A stretch of DNA of 64,000 nucleotides from NCBI GenBank assembly GCA_902794075.1, contig CADBGE010000001.1, positions 140,603 through 204,602 on the forward strand, given 5' to 3'. This document shows positions 34,961-44,758 of the stretch, piece by piece. Every line of letters begins with the position of its first letter. The stretch's first letter is position 1. A model generated the notes under the pieces. The model saw only the letters and a program-made list of their open reading frames with translations, made no database searches and was not told the DNA's origin. The translations under genes and the position numbers were made by a program. The stretch is from an uncultured Erysipelotrichaceae bacterium. Its GTDB lineage: Bacteria; Bacillota_I; Bacilli_A; RF39; UBA660.

Positions 34961-35893
34961 TTACTTTACATAAATATTTTCAAAAATGTTAATTGTTTTT
35001 TCATCAATAGAATACTTTTTATTATAATCAACATATAACATTCCGTCATCATCAATTACAAGTTCAGGACCAATTACATATTTAAGAATACTTTCGACTC
35101 CTTTAAGAATTCGTGTTTCATAACCATTTCGTTTGTCCTTGATGATTTTTGTCGTCAATGCATTCACTGAATTAAGTGATTCCTCTTCAATATGAATGTC
35201 ATACAGTATTTTATCAATCCAAGGATCATTTGAATAGAAATTTGACCTCATTCGAACATCTTTGAAACCAAGGTCTTTTGCCCAGAATGTAAAATTGTCA
35301 AAGAACTTCCTGAAATCATTATCGTATTCTTTATAGAGAACCGTAACTGCTGTTACTGTAATGTTATTGTCATTCAAATTGTTTACAAGAGTTTTTAATT
35401 CATCATTGTTTGGAATGAGACGAGTACCAAATATATCCATTCTTTCATCATAATCATAATGATGAATAGAAATATTAACAATATCAATGACATCCTTCAT
35501 ATAAGGAACAAGTTCTTTAAGGTGAAATCCATTTGTCGTCATCACAACTTTATTGAAATATTTCTTATATGGAGCAATGATATTTAAAAATTTTTTGAAT
35601 ATTTCAATATCAAACGTTGGCTCATTTCCAGTAATGTCCAACGAAATATTTCTTTTGTCAGTAAGATTTTCAACAATGAGATCTAACGATTTTACTAAAT
35701 TATTGAAGAACTCTTCATAATTATGCTGCTGTGTTGCTTGCGTAAGTTTATTGAAACAGAATTTACATTTAGCCTGACAATAGCAAGGAATTACAACTTT
35801 TACCGATAAACTATCACCGTGACCAATTCCTCTTGTCTCCTGAATGTTAATTAACTTATAATCTTTTAATAAACCTGTAATGTTCATAATCAT
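34961..35893 (-). CDS. radical SAM domain protein
   Basis: VVIPCYCQAKCKFCFNK contains the CxxxCxxC cluster motif, followed by ISLDITGNEPT (a GGEP-like SAM motif). Confidence 0.7.
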   Translation of the reverse strand: MIMNITGLLKDYKLINIQETRGIGHGDSLSVKVVIPCYCQAKCKFCFNKLTQATQQHNYEEFFNNLVKSLDLIVENLTDKRNISLDITGNEPTFDIEIFKKFLNIIAPYKKYFNKVVMTTNGFHLKELVPYMKDVIDIVNISIHHYDYDERMDIFGTRLIPNNDELKTLVNNLNDNNITVTAVTVLYKEYDNDFRKFFDNFTFWAKDLGFKDVRMRSNFYSNDPWIDKILYDIHIEEESLNSVNALTTKIIKDKRNGYETRILKGVESILKYVIGPELVIDDDGMLYVDYNKKYSIDEKTINIFENIYVK

Positions 35894-35943
35894 ATTGTTT
35901 TAATTACATTTATAATATATAAACATTGTACGAAAAATTCAAA

Positions 35944-36411
35944 TTAACCATCATTTATACTTACATTAACTATATTTGTCATTTTTAATGTCTGTATAAT
36001 ACTTATGATAATGTTCATCATGAACATAAATACTATAAATAATATAGCAATGATATATGTTAAAGGATTCCACCAATTCCAATGCCAATATGATGTATAT
36101 GTTGAACCTTGGCATGTCTGCAAAAACGGTTCGTTATTTATCAAATGGCCAGTCTGCTTAATTGGAAGATCTTTGTATAATACAATTATCCAAAGATAAT
36201 AAAGAATCTTATTGAACCAATTCATTTGTTTAACATAATCCTTTTTTGTCTTCCAGTTAACTCCAAAATTTGTGCTTGTTGATGTAAACACACTACCATC
36301 ATTATACTCTACATAGTGCACACCATCCTTGTCATATTCATTAATCTTTTCAATAGTCTTTGATGGTTCATCCTTTACTATTGCAGAATATTTATTTTCA
36401 ATCACCTTCAT
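35944..36411 (-). CDS. hypothetical membrane protein
   Basis: Two hydrophobic helices (ILYYLWIIVLY, LTYIIAILFIVFMFMMNIIISII). The ORF overlaps the upstream ExoIII-like gene by 14 nt. Confidence 0.45.
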   Translation of the reverse strand: MKVIENKYSAIVKDEPSKTIEKINEYDKDGVHYVEYNDGSVFTSTSTNFGVNWKTKKDYVKQMNWFNKILYYLWIIVLYKDLPIKQTGHLINNEPFLQTCQGSTYTSYWHWNWWNPLTYIIAILFIVFMFMMNIIISIIQTLKMTNIVNVSINDG

Positions 36412-37210
36412 AATTAATATTGAGTTCTATTGGCATATGATCCCACTTTTGCCAATTGTTATATATTTTTACATCATTTACTTTACTAAACAAATTTCTA
36501 CTACATATGAAATAATCTAATCTCCAGCCATGTGTCAAATTTCTTGTTCCCATGCAAACATATGAATAATCTCTTCCTTCAGGATGCATCATTCTATATA
36601 TATCTACTGAGTCTGTTTCATCAATTATCTTCTTAAAACCATCTATTTCAAAATGCATAAGTCCTGGTGAAGTATCAATAGACCGTTCATAATTTCCCCA
36701 GTAATCCTTATATGTTGAGCACACATTCATATCACCACATAAAATGAATGGCTTATTAAGTGAGTTTAGATAATTAATTAAATTTCTATCCCAAACATAT
36801 CTATCTTCAATTTTTCCGGCCGAATTAATGACATATACATTAACTAAATAAAAATCATTAAACTCAGTTGTTACTATTCTTCCTGAACCATATCCAGAAA
36901 TGTTCTCAAGAATTAAGCTTGACTTCTCAGGATAATGTTCATTAATTATCCTGTTAAATATAGACTTCATCACTATTGTTGCAACACCTGCATAACCTTT
37001 TTTAAATTCACTAAATGATGCATACAACTTATAATCTACTTCGTATACTAATCCACATTTATTTAATGCGTCTATAATTTTGTTAATGTCATTAGTTTTT
37101 ACTTCTTGAAGACAGTATACATCAGCATTCATCTCAAGAAGTCGTGATAACTTTCCATTATTTAAAAATGCATTAATTCCATTAATGTTATGCGATATAA
37201 TCTTCATCAT
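36398..37210 (-). CDS. xth: exodeoxyribonuclease III / AP endonuclease (EEP family)
   Basis: MMKIISHNINGINAF...DVYCLQEVK parallels E. coli Xth FNINGLRA...DVIGLQETK. CGDMNV and GWRLDYF are also present. Confidence 0.85.
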   Translation of the reverse strand: MMKIISHNINGINAFLNNGKLSRLLEMNADVYCLQEVKTNDINKIIDALNKCGLVYEVDYKLYASFSEFKKGYAGVATIVMKSIFNRIINEHYPEKSSLILENISGYGSGRIVTTEFNDFYLVNVYVINSAGKIEDRYVWDRNLINYLNSLNKPFILCGDMNVCSTYKDYWGNYERSIDTSPGLMHFEIDGFKKIIDETDSVDIYRMMHPEGRDYSYVCMGTRNLTHGWRLDYFICSRNLFSKVNDVKIYNNWQKWDHMPIELNINYEGD

Positions 37211-37873
37211 TTAATAACTATTATATGAACCATTATTAAAGCTATCTAATATTAATTGCCAATCGTTATTTTTATGCCAATAATACTCAAGCCCGTCGTC
37301 TTCATCAAGAATTGCTTTTGCTCTAAAGAATAATGAATCAAATGGTGAATCATTGTCCTCATTTTTTATACGATTATCTGGTGAAGCTCCGACATATGTC
37401 ATGAGTTCATTAGTTAAATTATTAATAATTTTGTTGTTTGTTTGTATTTCTTCCTCGCATTCGTATATTGATTCAACATATACTCCAGGTATGAATAATG
37501 ATGGTTTCCATTTCTGTTGAGTATCTTCGTCTATAGTATCATTAAGATTATGCTCTTTACCATATTCAATGTCTTCTGTATATTGATTTATTTTATATAG
37601 AAGCCATTGTTTGTTTATAAAGAATTTATAATCAGCAATAAGTTGAGTAAAAACATTTGTTATATAATCTAGAGGATCATCATTTTCATTGCATATATCT
37701 CGTGGAGTAGCCCCAACAAGTGTAAAAATTTTTAATTTGATTTTTGAAATTTCATCATTAATTCTCGATAATTCTTTTTCTATACTTCCTGAATTTATAG
37801 GATATTTCATAACATACCCATCCCATGTAAAATCAATTGGATTTACTGGAAAAATTATTCGTTCTCGTCCCAT
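37211..37873 (-). CDS. hypothetical protein with internal duplication
   Basis: Two copies of a helix-VGA[TS]P-x4-NE[ND]-D-[PS] module (FTLVGATPRDICNENDDPLD and MTYVGASPDNRIKNEDNDSPFD). Confidence 0.45.
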   Translation of the reverse strand: MGRERIIFPVNPIDFTWDGYVMKYPINSGSIEKELSRINDEISKIKLKIFTLVGATPRDICNENDDPLDYITNVFTQLIADYKFFINKQWLLYKINQYTEDIEYGKEHNLNDTIDEDTQQKWKPSLFIPGVYVESIYECEEEIQTNNKIINNLTNELMTYVGASPDNRIKNEDNDSPFDSLFFRAKAILDEDDGLEYYWHKNNDWQLILDSFNNGSYNSY

Positions 37874-37943
37874 GTTATTTATACTTTTTCGTTATTCTTA
37901 TATAAATAAAATATACAAATCTATATGAATTATTCAACTTTTG

Positions 37944-37959
37944 ATTTTTAATTATATAT
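37944..37959 (+). promoter_or_regulatory. conserved intergenic motif in plus orientation, putative promoter of the plus-strand 549-aa gene
   Basis: atttttaattatatat is on the plus strand 28 nt upstream of the ATG at 37987. This fixes the sense orientation of the motif. Confidence 0.45.
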
Positions 37960-37986
37960 AAAAGATATATCATTAATAAACGCATA

Positions 37987-39636
37987 ATGAATAACTGTAT
38001 GTCATATTTGCCTGGATGTACACCACCTCAGGATCTTTCAATAACTTATGCAATAAAGAACATTGAATCATTACATGTATTTAACAAATCATGTGAATAC
38101 GATCGTAACTTATTGCAATATGCATACTCACTTGATGGAGTATGTTGGTCGTGTTTCATGAGTTATGACAATATATTGCTTACGACATCAGGACTTAAAC
38201 AGGACTTCTATGTGAATGTAAGAGTTCCTGGTGAAATAGCTGGAGTCAAATATGATGACATACCTATAACTGATTATTCAACAGCACTTACATCAGGATT
38301 TAACTTTTCATATATGGATCCAACGTCAAGTACGAATCTATATAATCCTTATACTAATATGTCTGATGCAATTGCACTTCAGCAACAACTTAATGAAGCC
38401 GTATCAGCAGTTACTGGAGTGCCAATATATTATTTTAGATTAAGTCCTGACACTGGTTCAGCCGATTTGACCTTTAAAGAATATACTCTAATGAATGTTG
38501 AATCCGTAAAGCAGATTAAGCTTATCATTGCTGACGGGCAAATGCCAAGCTCGCGTCCTGAATTTTCAGACTGGGGTTTAGACTTCCAAGCAGATTGGGA
38601 ATGCGAGATTAGTAAGATATCGTTTGCTACAGCATTCGGAAACACTGCTCAGCCAATGTCTGGTGACTTGATATATATTCCAATGATGAAACGTATGTGG
38701 ATGGTCAATGAAGCATATGATGAGAAGAATGGTAGCCTTATGTGGACATCAAGTACATTCAAGGTTATGCTTGTGAAGTATCAAGAAAAAGGTTCAGTAG
38801 ATCTTGGAAATGCTGAAGATCTTGTAAGTTCATTCGTTAAAAACAAATATGATGACTTATTTGGTGCTGATGATGACAACACTCAAGACTCTGGATTTGA
38901 CGGAGCAAATACTGAGACATATGCTGCAAATAATTTATATTCTGTATATGAATCAGATGCTACTCGTAAATATGTGACATGTGACACTATTAACATAACT
39001 GGAGATACACAACTATATTATAGAGGAATACTTGTTGCTGATTCACGTTATGTATTCCAATATCCATCTATGCCAACGCATATTATATATCAGAAACAAT
39101 ATTGTGGAGATGAAGGAACAGCTTCTATTATAATAAATTTAAATGTAATCACTGATGAAGAAACTCATCATATTTTAAAAATTGGTGGAATGTATCTTGA
39201 TTGTACTCAAAATAGAAACAATGCTGTATTATATTTAAATTATGATAGAAACGTAAAAATAAAGATAAAGCTTAACACTACATATCTTGTAGTTGTTCAG
39301 TGGAGCAGACGAATGAATCTTATTAGACTTGTTGCATATGAATATACTCATAATGAAAATATTCCTATGTATAAATTAAATAATGCTCATTATTATTTTG
39401 ATGTTGATAATGTAACTGCTGATTATGTCTCAAAATATAATCCAAATTTTTCGCAAGATAGAAAGGAATCTATTGAAATATTTGGATTTAATGGATGGAC
39501 CACAAACATAAAAGTTTATGATGCATATGTCGATAATGTTTCAGAGCTTATACAAATGTATCCTACAAATCAGCATCTTGTTGTAAATGATACAGCTAGA
39601 AAGTTAATAGGAAATCAAGGTGTAGCATTAAGATAA
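37987..39636 (+). CDS. hypothetical protein, possibly virion/baseplate structural
   Basis: Intact 549-aa plus-strand ORF with the sense-oriented promoter-like motif 28 nt upstream. It lies among large structural-looking genes, but no motif was recognised. Confidence 0.35.
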   Translation: MNNCMSYLPGCTPPQDLSITYAIKNIESLHVFNKSCEYDRNLLQYAYSLDGVCWSCFMSYDNILLTTSGLKQDFYVNVRVPGEIAGVKYDDIPITDYSTALTSGFNFSYMDPTSSTNLYNPYTNMSDAIALQQQLNEAVSAVTGVPIYYFRLSPDTGSADLTFKEYTLMNVESVKQIKLIIADGQMPSSRPEFSDWGLDFQADWECEISKISFATAFGNTAQPMSGDLIYIPMMKRMWMVNEAYDEKNGSLMWTSSTFKVMLVKYQEKGSVDLGNAEDLVSSFVKNKYDDLFGADDDNTQDSGFDGANTETYAANNLYSVYESDATRKYVTCDTINITGDTQLYYRGILVADSRYVFQYPSMPTHIIYQKQYCGDEGTASIIINLNVITDEETHHILKIGGMYLDCTQNRNNAVLYLNYDRNVKIKIKLNTTYLVVVQWSRRMNLIRLVAYEYTHNENIPMYKLNNAHYYFDVDNVTADYVSKYNPNFSQDRKESIEIFGFNGWTTNIKVYDAYVDNVSELIQMYPTNQHLVVNDTARKLIGNQGVALR

Positions 39637-40668
39637 CAGTATGTAATTTCCTGTCTGAATGTCAAAGTCAATATTATTTACATATATATGTTCAGCACAA
39701 TCAAGTTCAGAATCAACCTTTACTATTGGTCCTCCTATTGGTGACAGCATATATATCCTTCCTCCATCATATTGAATGTTTTGTATGCCGTATTCAACAC
39801 ATAACTGCCAACTATTGTCAGATATCTTTCGTACATAATTATTTACATTCTCATGAACATCTAATTCTACTATTACATTTGAGAATATAATATTATTATG
39901 AATCATATCCCATACCTGTTCAAACAATTCATCATATGTTCCTGAGTTATCAATGACAAAATCGTAATTAGTAAAATCATCAAGATCATGCTCGGCTATA
40001 TTGTCAAGTTGTATAACTGATTCACGAGTAACATCAATGACTATTCCGTTCTTTTTCTTTATATAATCATACTCATGCTCAAATCTTACATCAGTACAAA
40101 TTACATAATTAAGTTCTTTATTTGAACGAATCTCATTTTTTATTATATTATTTACAACATTGACAAATATGTTTTGATTAATGTTATGCTGTAAAACGTA
40201 TGTTCCAATATACACAAGTAATTCTCTAAGTGACATATAATATCCTATTTCACTATTATTTGTGTATTCAAAATAATTGTCATAATATTCCTCAGCAGTA
40301 ACAATTTCACAATTATTTCCAGAAGGTTCTATTTCAGTATATTTAAAATCATGGTTCATACAGATCCAAGCTGTATTCTTGTTCATATAAAATCTTGATG
40401 TCGGTACTCCAAAAATAGATGAACATATAGTTTTTAACTGATCTGCAAACGCAATACAAAAAACATTTGATGTATGCATAGTATCTTCAATATCATATGT
40501 GGCAGATATTGTTGGATCTTTATATATACTTTTATAATGAGATTTGCATTCATCAATGTTTGTCCAATTTCTAGACAATATTGTACGAATCATTTTTGTC
40601 ACCGTATCTTTTCCAGAGCCAGCAAACCCATGTATTCCAATGTATAGTGGCTTATTTCTATTTATCAT
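39628..40668 (-). CDS. deoxynucleoside monophosphate kinase (T4 gp1-like) with C-terminal extension
   Basis: The P-loop is GIHGFAGSGKDT. SLRELLVYIGTYVLQ, YVICTDVRFEHEYDYIKKKNGIVIDVTR and DFVIDNSGTYDELF are collinear with T4 gp1 SVRRLMQALGTDLIV, YYIVPDTRQDHEMD..ATVIHVVR and VITNDGSLEELF. Confidence 0.7.
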   Translation of the reverse strand: MINRNKPLYIGIHGFAGSGKDTVTKMIRTILSRNWTNIDECKSHYKSIYKDPTISATYDIEDTMHTSNVFCIAFADQLKTICSSIFGVPTSRFYMNKNTAWICMNHDFKYTEIEPSGNNCEIVTAEEYYDNYFEYTNNSEIGYYMSLRELLVYIGTYVLQHNINQNIFVNVVNNIIKNEIRSNKELNYVICTDVRFEHEYDYIKKKNGIVIDVTRESVIQLDNIAEHDLDDFTNYDFVIDNSGTYDELFEQVWDMIHNNIIFSNVIVELDVHENVNNYVRKISDNSWQLCVEYGIQNIQYDGGRIYMLSPIGGPIVKVDSELDCAEHIYVNNIDFDIQTGNYILLS

Positions 40669-40675
40669 AAAAAAT

Positions 40676-40714
40676 GAACTATATTTATATAATTATAAAA
40701 TATAAATATAGTTC
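40676..40714 (-). terminator. long AT hairpin between the 1073-aa gene and the dNMP kinase gene
   Basis: 14-bp stem gaactatatttata / tataaatatagttc, followed by attttttATG on the minus strand. Confidence 0.45.
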
Positions 40715-40762
40715 AAAATAGTTAAAAAATATTAAATAATATTTAATGAATTAGATTGTTAA

Positions 40763-43700
40763 TTATGCATTTTCATCAATTAGTATACGGCCTTCTGTAT
40801 CAAGATCCTGTCCAAGTGTTTCATATCTTAATCCCCAGTGGTCTCTTATGAAATGACCTCTACGATAATAATCAGGATCAGTAATCTGATTATAATCTGT
40901 ATATAATTTTTCTACGTCATTTATCATTTCCTTTGGATTTTTTCTATAAGTGCCAAGGTCTTGTGTAAACTTATTCATATCTCCATATATTGAAGAATAA
41001 TTATTTTTTACATATTTATTAATATTATCATTCGACAATTGTGCATATGCTTTTTGTCTATTTGTAGTCAATTTACTTAATTGATTTTGATATTCTTCTT
41101 TACGTTTTCTATGTTCTTCAATTTCCTTTTGTTTTGATTCAGTATCTGAACTACTATTTGATGATTGAGTTGATTGAACAGGTTTTGGTTGTTCATCCTT
41201 TTTTGTGTCTTCACTAGTTATTTCCGTAGATTCCTGTTCTTTTGTTTTTTCTTGTTCTGTCTTTTTTATTTCAGTGATTTCTTTATTCGCTTTGTCAATA
41301 GCTGCATTTTCTGCTGATATTTTTGCAGTTAAGTCTGCAACCTGAGCATCAATTGTTTCTAATTGTTCTGCAAGTCCTTGTGCATAATTTGCCTTTAATA
41401 GTTCAGATTCTACTTCTCTTCCAGATGTAGTATTGGAAACAGTAAAGAATTCAGATAGCTTGTTCTTATCTAATGTGTTATAGAATGCGCCAACACCCTT
41501 TGTATACATACGAGCAACTTCAGATAAGTCTCGTGAACGTCCATGCTTAAGTGTACATGAAACCTTTAGTTCAGTTGGAAAATCATCAAATCCAAGTGGG
41601 CCACTATGTGTTATCTTAGTATTAGTAAGTATAAGATTACCAAATGCTGCAATTGGATTTTTAGGATTACCGATTGTTACATGCCATAAGCCAACTGGAG
41701 AACCATCCAAAAGTGAGTTCATTACATATACAGCAGGTCTACCTAATTGATTCTTAAGTTGTCCAAGTAATGCTTTAGAAGCACCTGAAGAAACAAATTT
41801 TCCTGCTAATTTTTTAGCACCACTAACAAATAGATTTGCAAATCCTCCCTTACCTTCTGCAGCTCCTTTGATTGCCTGTACTGCACTATTTACTGCATCT
41901 GACAATGAACCAAGAATACCTTTCCAGTCAAGAGTACCATTTGCGAATCCAGCAACGAAACCTTCTAGCTTATCCCATTGACTATCTATAAAGGCGTTTG
42001 CTGTTGCTACTGTTGACGCATTTCTTGGCGGACCAATGATTCGTCTTTCACCACCCCAGAAATGGCCTCTATTATAAGTTACTTCCAAAATATTGCCCAA
42101 CAAGTCAAGCATAACTGTTTTTGGATTCATTACATCAAGTGCACGCAATCTATATGAAAAGTTTAATGTGAATTCATGAGACAGTTCAAGTCTACCTTCA
42201 TACTTATGTGTTGCTTGTATTGTGTTCTGTGGAGTATATATCTTATTCTTATCTGCACTCATTCGCATAAGCTCCCACTTCCTCATCGAATTTGAATTTA
42301 CTCCATCTGCTCCAGCATTTGAACCACCAAATATTCCTGTTGCTCCATCTATAGTTCCACCAAACAATCTAGATCCTAATTTATTCCATAATGAATTTGA
42401 ACCAGCCATTCCTTGTGCTACACGTGAATTATATGCAGGATTAAATGAATTGGCAAACATTCCAATTAATCCGCCGCTCGGATTATCTTCCTCTGATTGT
42501 ATGTCTTCACGTTCCGCAGTTAATTCTTTCCATGTACTTTTTACACTATAATTTAATATATCTTCCAATTTATTGTCATCTGTGCCAAACCATGTTATAA
42601 GTGTTCCTATTGGCGCATTTTCTTGATATCCATGATACCCAGGCATTTTATCATTAAGATAACCTTTTCCAGAAAATCTAAATATGTTATCTCCAACAGG
42701 ATGCGCAAATCTTCTTAATGTTATCATATGATTATTAGAAACCTTGCCTATGTTTTTACAAAATAGAAAATCAGCATACTTATACTTTGACATACCTAAT
42801 TGTCCATTTGGTGTATGACTTAATCTAACAAGTTCTCTAATAGTACAATTTCCAGAATTGTCAATAAGTTTTGAATTAAATGGATCCCAATTTATTTTTA
42901 CCTTTACATCAGTTCCATCTCGCATCCATGATCCACTTTTACCACCATCTGTACTTTCTTGACCCAATAATCCTGTTATAAATTCTTTACTACTTTTTGT
43001 TTCTGAAAAATATTCTCGTTTTGTTTTAGCATCTTTTCCAGAACCTGTAGTTATATCAGTATATATTAATTTAGATGATGGATCATACTTCCATTTAGCA
43101 CCATTATTCTGACTATTTAATGCACTTGTTAATCCATTTGGTCCTTTAACATATCCATTATCATCCAATATTACTTCCCATGAATTATATGATATTGGTG
43201 TACTAACGCCATTTTTATTACTTTCATCATTGAGACCTAAATACGCAGAATCACCAATATATATCCAATCATCATTGTTTGAAGATGACATCATATTCAT
43301 CAACGGTAAATTGTCAAGAAGACCATTTACTTGAATAACATGAGTAGGGTTAAATACTGATGATACAACTTTTGTCATTAAACCAGTAACCTGTACTGAT
43401 TCTGGAGTAGTTCTTTTATTTGTTGTTTGTTCAGCTGATGAATTTTCTGTTCCTGTCTGAGTACCTTGTACATTACTTGCTTGAGTATTTTGTTCACCAT
43501 TAGCATTTGAAGTATTTGTTGTAGTAGATTCAGGTAAATCAGTATTTTCTGCTCCAGCATTCATTAAGTTTTTTACTGGAGTTTTATATATACGATTATA
43601 TCTATTAACAGTAGATAATATAGATGCAGGAATCATATAGGGGTTTTCTGGTGCAACTAGATTTTGATTATCTTTGCTTGCTGATGTAATAGATGTCGTA

Positions 43701-43984
43701 CCATCATTATTAACAGTCTCAAAGGGTTCTCCAGTAAATATTGTGAAATTTTGTCCAAGTATAGGACGTGGCTTTGTTCTAAATGAATTTCTAGATATGT
43801 CAAGATTATAATCATTTAACATTTCTTTTTTAAATGTTGCATTTAAGTTCATATTAAATGATTTAATTCTTGATACATCAAACTGTTGCAATGGTTCATC
43901 TGTCTGATAAACTCTGTTCCCAGAATCATCATATAGATTATTAAATTTTCCACCTTGATTAGTAGTATTTGGAAATGATATCAT
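40763..43984 (-). CDS. large (1073 aa) hypothetical protein, probably virion-associated
   Basis: Intact ORF with an S/T/N/Q-rich linker and a C-terminal coiled coil (QVADLTAKISAENAAIDKANKEITEIKK). Terminators and the promoter motif flank it. Confidence 0.35.
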   Translation of the reverse strand: MISFPNTTNQGGKFNNLYDDSGNRVYQTDEPLQQFDVSRIKSFNMNLNATFKKEMLNDYNLDISRNSFRTKPRPILGQNFTIFTGEPFETVNNDGTTSITSASKDNQNLVAPENPYMIPASILSTVNRYNRIYKTPVKNLMNAGAENTDLPESTTTNTSNANGEQNTQASNVQGTQTGTENSSAEQTTNKRTTPESVQVTGLMTKVVSSVFNPTHVIQVNGLLDNLPLMNMMSSSNNDDWIYIGDSAYLGLNDESNKNGVSTPISYNSWEVILDDNGYVKGPNGLTSALNSQNNGAKWKYDPSSKLIYTDITTGSGKDAKTKREYFSETKSSKEFITGLLGQESTDGGKSGSWMRDGTDVKVKINWDPFNSKLIDNSGNCTIRELVRLSHTPNGQLGMSKYKYADFLFCKNIGKVSNNHMITLRRFAHPVGDNIFRFSGKGYLNDKMPGYHGYQENAPIGTLITWFGTDDNKLEDILNYSVKSTWKELTAEREDIQSEEDNPSGGLIGMFANSFNPAYNSRVAQGMAGSNSLWNKLGSRLFGGTIDGATGIFGGSNAGADGVNSNSMRKWELMRMSADKNKIYTPQNTIQATHKYEGRLELSHEFTLNFSYRLRALDVMNPKTVMLDLLGNILEVTYNRGHFWGGERRIIGPPRNASTVATANAFIDSQWDKLEGFVAGFANGTLDWKGILGSLSDAVNSAVQAIKGAAEGKGGFANLFVSGAKKLAGKFVSSGASKALLGQLKNQLGRPAVYVMNSLLDGSPVGLWHVTIGNPKNPIAAFGNLILTNTKITHSGPLGFDDFPTELKVSCTLKHGRSRDLSEVARMYTKGVGAFYNTLDKNKLSEFFTVSNTTSGREVESELLKANYAQGLAEQLETIDAQVADLTAKISAENAAIDKANKEITEIKKTEQEKTKEQESTEITSEDTKKDEQPKPVQSTQSSNSSSDTESKQKEIEEHRKRKEEYQNQLSKLTTNRQKAYAQLSNDNINKYVKNNYSSIYGDMNKFTQDLGTYRKNPKEMINDVEKLYTDYNQITDPDYYRRGHFIRDHWGLRYETLGQDLDTEGRILIDENA

Positions 43985-44006
43985 AATTATAATTTTGTAT
44001 ATCTGG

Positions 44007-44019
44007 TATAATTAAAAAT
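44007..44019 (-). promoter_or_regulatory. conserved intergenic motif, putative promoter of the 1073-aa gene
   Basis: tataattaaaaat follows terminator 44030..44057 and lies 23 nt upstream of the ATG at 43984. Confidence 0.45.
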
Positions 44020-44029
44020 ATTTTCATAT

Positions 44030-44057
44030 AAAAAATGGCCACAAAATGTAGCCATTT
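44030..44057 (-). terminator. intrinsic terminator
   Basis: Stem aaatggc / gccattt, followed by a T-run on the minus strand. Confidence 0.55.
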
Positions 44058-44084
44058 ATAATAAATTACATTATTCAAATTTAA

Positions 44085-44729
44085 TTAAAATTCAATATCA
44101 TGCATATCTGGAATATTTGGAACATCACAAGAATCAGATGGACACTTAAGTTCACAATCGCGTGCATCAGTATCTCCACAGTCACAGCAGCCACAACCAC
44201 ATGATCCATGAATGCCAACATCACATAAGAAGTCTTCAATCTCTTGTAGATGTTCTTCTTCATCAGCAAGTATAGCCTTTACTTTTCTATTTGTGACTGG
44301 GTCAACATTACGAGTAATTTCCTCAAGATCTTTATAGGTCTCAATAGCACCCATCTCCATTTGTTTGCAGTCCTCAAGTGACGATTGTATCATAATGTTT
44401 CCGTCAACTACAATTGGGTTTACATAAGGATGTGCTATAGATGATAATGCAGAAAATACTGTAACAAACGAAGGATTTCCTCCAAGCTGAGCAATACGTT
44501 CAAGAATCCATTTTGCATGGTCTTCAAATTCATCCTTTGCGGCATCTTCGTAGAATTCCTCGATATCCTTACGTGACGGTCCACATAAGAATTCTGAAAC
44601 TGATATATAATAATACCATGCTGCAATTTCTTCTCTATATGCATTATATAACTTGTCAAGAATTAAGTTCTTAACTGTTGGTTCAATGTAACCAACACTT
44701 TCGTTTATTTTTTGCGTAAAAGTTTTCAT
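44085..44729 (-). CDS. ferritin-like (bacterioferritin/Dps superfamily) protein with Cys-rich tail and CTS-like leader
   Basis: EIAAWYYY...EDAAKDEFEDHAKWILERIAQLGG and EMGAIETY...ILADEEEHLQEIEDFL give the paired ExxH di-iron motifs. The C-terminus is GSCGCGCCDCGDTDARDCELKCPSDSCD. Starts MKTFTQKINES. Confidence 0.65.
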   Translation of the reverse strand: MKTFTQKINESVGYIEPTVKNLILDKLYNAYREEIAAWYYYISVSEFLCGPSRKDIEEFYEDAAKDEFEDHAKWILERIAQLGGNPSFVTVFSALSSIAHPYVNPIVVDGNIMIQSSLEDCKQMEMGAIETYKDLEEITRNVDPVTNRKVKAILADEEEHLQEIEDFLCDVGIHGSCGCGCCDCGDTDARDCELKCPSDSCDVPNIPDMHDIEF

Positions 44730-44758
44730 ATATTATTTATTATATTAATTATATCTTA

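Noticed and set aside
34961-35893. Calling the radical SAM protein viperin-like because of the CxxxCxFCF motif.
   Set aside because: The CxxxCxxC context with an aromatic residue is shared by many radical SAM subfamilies. I cannot support a specific subfamily from the sequence alone.
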